Origin: Octopus vulgaris
Lineage: Eukaryota
Length of the DNA: 64,000 bases
Assembly: GCA_951406725.2 (NCBI GenBank)
Contig: OX597818.1
Location: forward strand, 20,212,001 to 20,276,000
Reading direction: 5' to 3'
Positions within the stretch are counted from its first letter, which is position 1. Each line of letters begins with the position of its first letter. The translations under genes and the position numbers were made by a program. Below, piece by piece: positions 53,719-64,000 of the stretch. A model generated the notes under the pieces. It was not told the origin of the DNA. It saw only the letters and a list, made by a program, of their open reading frames with translations, and ran no database searches.

Positions 53719-54612
53719 CTAACTGAGGTACCCGGTAATACCCGGGAGCGGAGATATTTCCAGTATCCCTTACAATGTCTAATATCTCTCAGATGGAAAA
53801 TGAAATCAAGACATAGGACAGATAATAGAGAGCGTAAGCACATTCATTCACGAAACAATAATAAAAATAAATACGTGTGGAATCGGAAAATGACAATCTT
53901 TTAGTCAGTTGAGTGGAAAGCTGCAAATATAAAATCAATGGAAACGTCAAGAAGGGAATTGTAAAGGGGTGCGGTGAAAAAAAAAAGAACATAAAAGTTT
54001 GAAAAGGAAACAAAAATTTATTTAGAGAAAAGGCACTTAATTTGATGACTGTGTTTCATGGGTATAGTTCCACTGATCGTGAGAATCAAATATTGATTGC
54101 AAGGGTTAGAACCGACAATTTTAAGTGCAGGTGCTAAGAAAATACATTTTACATGTTTTAGCACACAACGCTACAACGTTTAGAATCGATAATTTTAAGT
54201 GTAGGTGTTAAGAAAATACACGTTACAGCAACCTGAGAATGCTGAAATAACTGAAGAACATTTTAACCCCACGGCAATTTAGGCCAAATTTCTTGAATCA
54301 GTTAATCAAAAATCGTCTTACGATTTGTTTGAGTGGCCTAGGTAAAAATTTATTTGTCTCAATCCAGCCGTAGCGCACATTCCATCTGTGTATAACATTT
54401 CAAGAAAATCGGTTGAAAAGTTTAAACGTTGTGGTAGAAAATAACATTTAAATGAGAATTTGCATTGAAATGTGCTACTGGTTTTTGAAAAATCGATGCT
54501 GATTAAAAATTTTCGATTTTAAAAAAAATTCTAAGTGCGTTAGTGACCGCATGGCCATAAGCCCCACGCACGTGTCAAGTTTCAAGATCGGTTGGATAGT
54601 CTCGGAGGAGCT
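53719..54612 (-). mobile_element. Helitron-like non-autonomous element
   Basis: Minus 3' end cccgggtattaccggg hairpin plus TTAG|t; gtgtcaagtttca..atcggttg motif shared with the 25635 element. Confidence 0.55.
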
Positions 54613-54614
54613 AA

Positions 54615-54836
54615 AGCGATGTTGGGGGGATAAACACAGACACACAACTACACACACATACATATATATATACGTATAAATATATACAACGGGCGTCTTT
54701 CAGTTTCCGTCTACCAAATCCACTCACAAGGCTTTGGTCGGCCCGAGGCTATAGTAGAAGATAGTTGCCCAAGGTGCCAAGCAGTGGGACTGAACCCGGA
54801 GCCATGTGGTTGGTAAGCAAGCTACATACCACACAG
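54615..54836 (-). mobile_element. SINE family A 5' two-thirds
   Basis: aagcgatgttggggg...ctttcagtttccgtctaccaaatccactcacaagg...accacacagc. Confidence 0.9.
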
Positions 54837-55205
54837 CGCTATGTGTTCAGGATTTGAAAAAAATATAAAGCTGAAACAAAATCCCCAAGATTCTGTCTCT
54901 GAGAAGACTTACAAACAAATTTCTACTAAAATATTTTGAATTACTGAAAAACTACCATCAGTCGTATAGACAATTGGTCTCACATATAATAGTATTGAGC
55001 TAACATAACTGAAGTAACAAGTAAACTGCATTTTACAGAGATGGCTACTCACCATGAAAAACCGGTAAACTGTACGTTGCCGCAAACCGTTATGGAAGCA
55101 ATGCGGAGCGATGAAAAACGAATTCGATCACTCCTGTGTTTTGCATTCCTGAATCTCGTAACCAACACCAACCCATCATCTTGTCTGTCACCCCACCCTT
55201 TTATC

Positions 55206-55242
<37 letters not shown>

Positions 55243-55264
55243 TCGCCAAGTTAAATATTTAAAC

Positions 55265-55328
55265 CACCTGATGAATGACTGTAACTCGAAAATTTAAAGA
55301 AATTAACAGCCATGAAACGATCGTAGTG
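55265..55328 (+). ncRNA. Type I hammerhead ribozyme, intact core
   Basis: cac CTGATGA atgactgt...acagccat GAAA cgatcg TA gtg; stem II 7/8 bp, palindromic stem III, GUA site with predicted cleavage after 55325; short stem I. Confidence 0.75.
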
Positions 55329-55513
55329 TTATATCAATTATATTTTTTTAATAATTTTGTTATATATTTAAATAATATAAATTAAATAATCTTATGTATT
55401 GGCTTAAGTTTTTCATTGTATGATTTGCCTAATAGTGGTTTTATCCCTATTTTAATATATATATATATATATATACATACATACATACATACATACATAC
55501 ATACATACATACA

Positions 55514-55572
<59 letters not shown>

Positions 55573-55595
55573 ATATATATACACACGCACAGATA

Positions 55596-55861
55596 TAAAG
55601 TAAAGAATTACCAATTTAATAATTAATAAATTTTACCAAGTAGTTTCGGTATGGAAAGAGAACCATTATCGGTAGAAACTTTTACAAACAGTTTTTTTTA
55701 TATATAATTAAATATAATTAAGGGTTTAAGCAACAAGTTGCTTCACCACATACCGAAAATTTAGAAATAGCAGCCAAAGACAGTGAAAAGGAATTAGCTG
55801 CTATTTCTAAATTTTCCGTATGTGGTGAAGCAACTTGTTGCTAAACCCTTAACTATATTTA

Positions 55862-55870
<9 letters not shown>
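55596..55870. mobile_element. Family P1 element with short-loop inverted repeat
   Basis: ttaagggtttaagcaacaagttgcttcaccacatac.gaaaatttagaaatagcagc / gctgctatttctaaattttc.gtatgtggtgaagcaacttgttgctaaacccttaa. Confidence 0.8.
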
Positions 55871-55959
<89 letters not shown>

Positions 55960-56408
55960 CACATAAACACATATATGTATGTGCGATTGTGTATATATAT
56001 ATATGTGTGTGTGTGTGTGTGCGTGTGTGTGTGTATGTGTAGGTTTACGTACATAAATATATATCTATACACACACACATATATACACGCGAATATGGCT
56101 ACACACGCGCGAGCGCACATACATACACACCCACACACATTCCAAGGGATAATAGAATGATGGTTATTAATCACTGTATAACACTGTAGAAAAGGCAAAG
56201 AGGGAAATGATTGCATTAATGTCTTGAAATAAGGTTGTCTCAGCCAAATCAATGCCATAGCTATATCCGGTCCACATGCATTCCGTTGTGCCAGGTCTTA
56301 TGGATTCCCACAAGAATTATCTAAAAATATTTGCCATTCCAAGACCTAAGAGCTAGAATTATTCCCCATAGTCATCGAAAAAGAGAGGAAAATAAATAGC
56401 ACGGAAGT

Positions 56409-56446
<38 letters not shown>

Positions 56447-56611
56447 GAGAAAGAGGGAGGGCGTTTCGTCCTTAAATGTATATAACTATAATGCATGTGT
56501 ATGTGTATATATACATACAACATACACACGTTCATATGTATTTTCGTATGTATATAAGTATATATAAAGAGATTATATATGTACATGTATATGTGTGTGA
56601 GTCTATATCTA

Positions 56612-57040
<429 letters not shown>

Positions 57041-57149
57041 CTTTTTGATGGTACTGGGATTGGTTCCATTTACAGAAACCTGCTATGACAATTTGATGAG
57101 AACTGTTATTTAAGCATTGATGAGGAATTTAAAGATGTGGGGTTATAGT

Positions 57150-57558
57150 ATAAGGGCCGACATTGGTGGCATTTTACCGGTGAATTGGGCAAGCAAGATT
57201 AATAATATATCCTCCGTGTTCACCAGATCTCACACCACTAGACTTTTTATTATAGGGATACTTAAAAGATAGAAGTTTATAACAAAACCGAAAGTAGTCG
57301 ATAAATTGAGGACAGGCAGTGAACGTGAATGTGTACAAATACAGAACGATATGTTTCTTGGTGTTTGCGATTTCAATGCTTCGAGTTTTCAGCACTTCCT
57401 TAACCAGAATGGTCTTCAATTCGAAAACAGGGGAACCATAAAAAAAATTAGATTCTGTTTGCAGATTCTATCTAATTTTGAAAATGTAATGTATCTTTTA
57501 TAAACACTACGTTTATAATCATTCAATGTGTGTATATACATTTTTGGGGAGTCCCTGT
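57150..57558 (+). mobile_element. Tc1/mariner-superfamily transposase remnant with right TIR
   Basis: PPCSPDLTPLDFLL*GYLKDR (57211-57273; cf. WPPRSPDLTPLDFFLWGYLK), NGLQFE, ends ...ttttggggagtccctg|TA. Confidence 0.75.
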
Positions 57559-57641
57559 ATGTATGTATGTATGTATATATATAGATGATCCGGTTCTTGA
57601 CTGAAGACTGAGGTTTCGAAGTCGTCCGTGTTTATATCGTC

Positions 57642-57733
<92 letters not shown>

Positions 57734-58235
57734 TTCCCCTATACTTGGGAAATATTTTAGCTACAGTTACAGATATACCCATGATAAAAGTAAAGATAAA
57801 GGTATATTTTGGGCTCTTTCCAAGAGCACAGCGACTAGAAAAAAACTTATGTCGCGTCAAATATATACACAGACACATAATATATGAGTAGACTATAATA
57901 ATTTTTAATTAATATCTGGCTAATGATCGAAGTAAATAAGAAAAAAATAAGCGCAATATTAACTGTAACCACAATGCTGATACATATAGCAAAATGCTCA
58001 TTTGGGGTAAAATGCACCCAAACCCTCTTTCTGCTGTCTCTGAGCTCTAGAACTAAATATGTTGTACTGTTACGTAACTCATACGTATAACGTGTACATA
58101 AACACACACACACAAACACACACAAACACACACACACACACACATACACACACACACACACACAACACACACACACAAACATAGACATATATACGCATAT
58201 GCATATGAGTATCTTTTTATCTATATGTATATTCT

Positions 58236-58337
<102 letters not shown>

Positions 58338-58984
58338 TATTATATTATATTATATTATATTACATATTTATGTATATATGTAGATAATATATATATATAT
58401 GTGTATGCATATTATATATATAATTTATATATATATTATATTATATTATATTATATATTTATATATATAGTATATATATATTTATATATGTATGTATGTA
58501 TGTGTGTATGTATGTATGTATGTGTGTGTGTGTATATATGTATATGAATGTATGCATGTATTGCATATTAATTAATTTCTTAATGATCTAAAATTTCTCC
58601 CAATTGGCTCTTTTTAACGTGCGTATCCTTTTACTGTTTATTTACAGACGTTCAAGTGCCTCAGTCGTTCCCTGTTACCCTCTCTTTGCGCTTGTACATC
58701 TCTTTACACACACAGATATATAAACAGACACACACGCACACACACACACATACATACACACAAACATACATATGTGTGTGTATATATATATAAAAATTAT
58801 ATCTGTATATTTGGTACGAGCGTATTTATAAATCAGACATATATTTTTATAGACACTCACAGGGATATTTGATGTCGGACGTCAAAAAGGATTAACTTAC
58901 TTTAAGTTGGGGTTTTTCTTACCAAAGCTACGAAGCTTTATGCTCTTGAGGCTTATATCTGCGTTCGATATATATATGTATAAT

Positions 58985-59055
<71 letters not shown>

Positions 59056-59255
59056 GTGTGTGTGTTTGTGTGTGCATGTACATGTTTGTATGTATATTTA
59101 CTCACACACAGTCTGATGAAGGCTAGCATACCGAATCTTCGAAATCACTGTCACCCCTCTTCTAATAGTTTACTAAATATGTATTAATTCTTTAGTCTAA
59201 TGTTAAATTATTTAAAAATATAATTTGATATAATTACACATACACACATACACAC

Positions 59256-59350
<95 letters not shown>

Positions 59351-59870
59351 AAATGAATAGATAGGAATAAAGTATCTAGACGTGTACTCTAAGAGCACTC
59401 AATTATAATTAGGCAATGGCTAACTACATCGAGATGTAAGGAGCACCTAGGATTATTTAAGGTGAGCAATCCCGCTGTAATTCATCCGATAAGTAATTCA
59501 TGGATGTACCGAATGCATACACAATGCAATTATGATTAATACGGAGATTGGTTCATCTGCATATCTTTTATTTCTACAGTCAAATATTCAGCATATTTGA
59601 TTTAAATGTGTCCGACACATGTTTCAGCTACATAGACATCTAGCAATTGCTTTTGCATCCAGTTATTTTCGACTGGTTATTAATTTATGCAAATTTATCC
59701 AAGATCCATCTACTGATGTGGTCTGAAGTGAACTAAGTGTATGTAAGCTATGTAAGTTTCGCTAGCCTTCTTTTGTTACATTACTATGGCTTTTGAGTGC
59801 AAAGACTGTGAGAAGAATTAGAAATTAAAAAAAATTGCAGACGTAGTAATCTCCATATTCATTGCAATTG

Positions 59871-59918
<48 letters not shown>

Positions 59919-59961
59919 ATATATACATATATATACATATATACATATATATATATACATA

Positions 59962-60015
<54 letters not shown>

Positions 60016-60108
60016 AACATATATACATATATATACATATATACATATATACATATATATACATATATATATATACATATACATACATACATACGTACAT
60101 ACATACAT

Positions 60109-60164
<56 letters not shown>

Positions 60165-60277
60165 TTTCAATATGCATTTTCGTTGATTTTTCATATTTTA
60201 GCCTTACATTTCCACGTGTATTTTATATTTTCTTTTCGTAACATATTTATACTATATATATATATATATATATATAA

Positions 60278-60406
60278 ATAATCAAATGAATAATAACATA
60301 CGATGGATAATTGTCTGCTCCTTACAGCTGTTTCTTATGCATTTTTAAATAGAAGAATGAGAACATTACTTCATTACAATACAACGTCATCAGCAGATGA
60401 AACGTA

Positions 60407-60484
<78 letters not shown>

Positions 60485-60710
60485 GAATATTCCAAGAATA
60501 CAGTAAGGCTGAAGTCTGTCGACAGATTTCAGTCACGTCCCCGTTGTATTCTTGGGATATTCTTTTGTTTGTAAAATTACGTTTCAACTGATGATTACGG
60601 TTTTTTTTTGTAATGAAGTAACGTTCTCATTCTTCTATTTAAAAAGTGCGCAAGAAAAAGTCGTAATAAGCAGACAATTATCTATCGTCTGCTATTATTC
60701 ATTTGATTAT
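60278..60710. mobile_element. Inverted repeat element with hammerhead-like fragments
   Basis: Arms about 60278-60414 / 60570-60710; CTGATGA in both arms; GAAAcagctgTA on minus in the left arm. Confidence 0.65.
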
Positions 60711-60941
60711 AATACACCAAAGAGATTTACGACTTTTTGGATACCCTAGAGTATACCAACAAGGTACAATTCAATGTAACGCGTGCTTTGGACCAGACCC
60801 TACGCGCTAAATAGGGTTGGTTTTCTTTGTGTACACAACCGGAATATCCTATTGGATACTTACCAACCATAGGCCGGAACCACAGGTTTATCTAGTCCTA
60901 CCTGGTGCATATCTCACCTAATTCTATCTGAAACCTTATTT

Positions 60942-61036
<95 letters not shown>

Positions 61037-61404
61037 CTTGTAGTTAAAAGTTCTCTTCTTAACCACCACCTTTCTTGTTTGATTCCTGTGTTCGACACTT
61101 TGTTCAAGTGTCTTCGATATCGTGAATCCCCGCCACATGCACTGTGTTTTAATTCATAGTGTCAAGCATTGTCAGCCATCATGCAGAAAATTAATCCACA
61201 GTAATTCACCGATGACATTTCACCGGATAACTATTCACAGATTAGCAAGAGCTTCCTTTGAAGAGATGACCATCTCACATTGTACCGTAAAAAGCTTGTA
61301 TTGAGCTATGAACCCAGCTTTCACATTTATGAGTCTTAGCTCCCAGTATTTCATTCTAGAAGTTCACTATGAAAAGTTTTATCATTGCTTCCTTCTTTTA
61401 TTTT

Positions 61405-61627
61405 ATTTTACTTGACTCCATCATTGGACTGCGATCATGCTGAGGCGCCGCCTTGAAAAGTTTGGTCCAATAAATCGAGCCTAGTACTAATTTTTAAGGC
61501 AAATTTGGTACTTATTCTATTAGTATCTTTAACCGAACAGCTAAGTTATAGGGACGTAAAAAAAACCAACCCTGGCTGTCAAGCGGTGGTGGACATAAGC
61601 ACAACAAAAACAAAGAAAACCCGCCGT
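61405..61627 (-). mobile_element. SINE family A 3' part, diverged
   Basis: tcattggactgcgatcatgctg..gcgccgcctt...ggtacttattctat...gggacgtaaa...gtcaagcggtgg. Confidence 0.7.
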
Positions 61628-61631
61628 ATAT

Positions 61632-61665
<34 letters not shown>

Positions 61666-61721
61666 GGATATATACATACGTATACGTACATACTTACATG
61701 TAGACGTATATACATATGCAT

Positions 61722-62095
61722 CTGTGGCCACAGGACGTCACAAAACGTAAACAAAAAATACGGTATATTACACAAGCGGAACTCCTCTTTGCATGAGATT
61801 AACAGAACAATGATATAACAGGAATGTGTGTGTATGGGGGGGATTACAGGCTTTAATAGTAGATCACATTTGTTTCTGCACGACACACCAGATTTGAGTT
61901 GCCGAGTTTATATTCACATACCATTATAGAAGTGTGTGGCCGCTCCATCGGGTGTGTGGCCGCTTCACACGATGAAGACCCCCCACACTATATAGTAATT
62001 ATAAATAAAGATTATTATCATGATATATGAATAGAAACTCAGTGGTGCAGAAGCAAATTTTGTGATCTATTATCAAAGCCTGATATGTTCTATCC
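61722..62095. mobile_element. Leader plus inverted repeat element; leader end shared with 62223
   Basis: Arms caggctttaatagtagatcaca.ttgtttctgcac (61847-61881) / gtgcagaagcaaattttgtgatctattatcaaagcctg (62045-62082); cacaggacgtcaca.aacgtaaacaa at about 61728 and 62227. Confidence 0.6.
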
Positions 62096-62096
62096 T

Positions 62097-62170
<74 letters not shown>

Positions 62171-62347
62171 TATATACATACATATATTTACATACATACA
62201 TATGTATATACATATACATATATGGGCACAGGACGTCACAGAACGTAAACAACATGAAATGCGAAATACGAAAACATGGAATACGAGCTTTTTTTGCGAA
62301 CAACGAAAGAAACAAATGGAAAACAAGACAAGCAACATAAAGAACGA

Positions 62348-62403
62348 CCCTTCATCAGTCGGCTGTTTTTCTAATCCGTATTTCGAGCAATTCACAAGAT
62401 ACG
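62348..62403 (-). ncRNA. Candidate non-circularly permuted hammerhead (strand order C-B-A)
   Basis: cgtaTC ttg tgaattg ctc GAAA tacg gattagaaaaacagc cga CTGATGA a ggg; intact core, stem III 5 bp, stems I and II 3 bp each. Confidence 0.4.
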
Positions 62404-62598
62404 CCTTCGACAAAACAGCTGCTCCCGCAAAGCAAATTATATATATATATATATAGCTTTAGTCGTCACTCGCAAACGAGTGACGGTTGTAGTTTTGTAT
62501 CATTTTATCGTTGCTTTTAATATTTTTTTTTCAGTCATAGGCGGAAGGACAATACCCAAACCACAGCTCATATAGAAAGTATGCAAGAATGGTAGTGA

Positions 62599-62637
62599 GG
62601 AGGATAAGAGGTAAACATCAGACCGAAACGCTACTCC
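62599..62637 (+). ncRNA. Decayed type I hammerhead motif
   Basis: ggag GATAAGA ggt aaacatcag acc GAAA cgc TA ctcc; geometry correct, first three core bases lost. Confidence 0.35.
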
Positions 62638-62721
62638 AAGAGGTCAGGTGGTTCTGTTACCACGACAATGTATTAAGCGTGTTCGTAAATATAATTCTTT
62701 GATATACTATTTACAACTATT

Positions 62722-62920
62722 TACTATTTTACTTGTTTTAGTCATTTGACTGCGGCCATGTTGGAGCACCGCCTTTAGTCGAGCAAATCGCCCCCAGAAC
62801 TTATTCATTGTAAGCCTAGTAGTTATTCTATCGGGCTCCTTTTACCGAACCGCTAATTTACGGGGACGTAATCACATCAGCGATGTTGGGGGGGGGACAA
62901 ACACAAACACACAAACATAT

Positions 62921-62980
<60 letters not shown>

Positions 62981-63142
62981 GACGGGCTTCTTTCAGTTTC
63001 CGTCTACCAAATCCACTCACAAGGCTTTGGTCGGCCCGAGGCTATAGTAGAAGACACTTGCCCAAGGTGCCACGCAGTGGGACTGAACCCGGAACCATGT
63101 GGTTGGTAAGTAAGCTACTTACCACACAGCCACTCCTGCGCC
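62722..63142 (-). mobile_element. SINE family A, full length
   Basis: Reverse complement of the 42040 element. Confidence 0.9.
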
Positions 63143-63173
63143 AATGATACTGTTGCTATAGCTGTCTTTGTTG

Positions 63174-63510
63174 TTATTACCTCCACCTTCGCTAAGTCGT
63201 GTTTGTTTGTCCGTGGACAAGATATCTCAAGAACCGCTGGATGGATTTTGATGAAACTTTCAGGGATATTTGACCTTATGACTGGCACGACCTTATTAGA
63301 CTTTGGTACCGATCCGGCGCCGAACAAAGATTCTGGATTATTTTTCTTGCTTAATTTTTGAGAGCGGTCGGGTTCATTTTTAGTATTCTCGATTGTGAGA
63401 GCAGTCGAGTTTCAGATATCCTCATTTTGAAAATCATCTCCGGCTAATCGTTGAAAGGTGTTGATGATGCCTTGGCGGAGGTTTGCGCTATCTGAGTGCT
63501 TCTGTTAAGT
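63174..63510 (+). mobile_element. Helentron-associated (HINE/DINE-1-like) element
   Basis: Subterminal inverted repeats acctccacc (63179-63187) / ggcggaggt (63474-63482), 3' hairpin gcgct atctg agtgc, T-rich junctions. Confidence 0.7.
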
Positions 63511-63744
63511 TTGCTTTCATTATTGTGGTAACAGCTTTAGTTACTGCAGTTATTACAATAGTAATTGGAGATTTTTTGTTGTGATTTTTCTTTATTGAAA
63601 CAATTGTTCTTATGGTGAAACAATCGTTCCTATGACTTTTGTTATTGTTGAGACACAGGACAAACCTGACTGAGTAAACCTATGATGTAAAATATTCCAT
63701 ACATGACCACCCTGTCTCTTTAAGGATATCTTTTATTTTTTACA

Positions 63745-64000
63745 TCTACTTGTTTCAGTCGCTGGACTGCGGCCATACTGGAGCATCACCTCGAAGGGTT
63801 TAGTCGAACAAATCGACCCCAGTACTTATTTTACCGGCCTCTTTTACTGCACCTCTAGATTACGGGGACGTAAATAAACTGACACCAGTTCTCAAACGGT
63901 GAGACGAAACAAGCTCAAACACGTGCGCGCGTACACAGATACACACACACACATATCTATATAATGAACACGACGAGCTTCCACACAGTTTCCGTCTATT
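63745..64000 (-). mobile_element. SINE family A, diverged, runs off the window
   Basis: acttgtttcagtc..tggactgcggccatactggagca...tagtcgaacaaatcgacccc...acagtttccgtcta. Confidence 0.8.

Noticed and set aside
59108-59151. acagt CTGATGA ... GAAA TC actgt as a functional hammerhead
   Set aside because: Stem I fits, but stem III is absent and stem II is weak; counted only as a possible decayed motif.

Overview
AT-rich eukaryotic non-coding DNA (intergenic or intronic), saturated with microsatellites and transposable-element debris. The SINE families and repeat landscape look like a coleoid cephalopod (Octopus-like) genome; this is recognition from memory, not a database result. I find no convincing host protein-coding gene, and almost every ORF in the track is a translated microsatellite. 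Interpretable content: at least three tRNA-derived SINE families (about 30 copies); decayed LINEs (RTE, R4/Dong-type, Tx1-type, Ingi/Vingi-type, CR1/Jockey-like); Tc1/mariner, hAT and Tc2-like MITEs; Helitron/Helentron non-autonomous elements. The most interesting layer is a set of short Penelope-like/retrozyme-like elements in (TA)n tracts that carry hammerhead ribozyme (HHR) motifs. Two type I HHRs have intact cores (52815-52897, 55265-55328). A U3-A8 covariant HHR sits inside a 348-nt unit with a terminal direct repeat (42497-42925). Two or three candidates have the three HHR strands in a non-circularly permuted, pseudoknotted order (47380-47446, 62348-62403, weaker 26358-26421). Many of these elements form 'tails-out' inverted repeats. 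All alignments and folds were done by eye; coordinates of degenerate elements are approximate.
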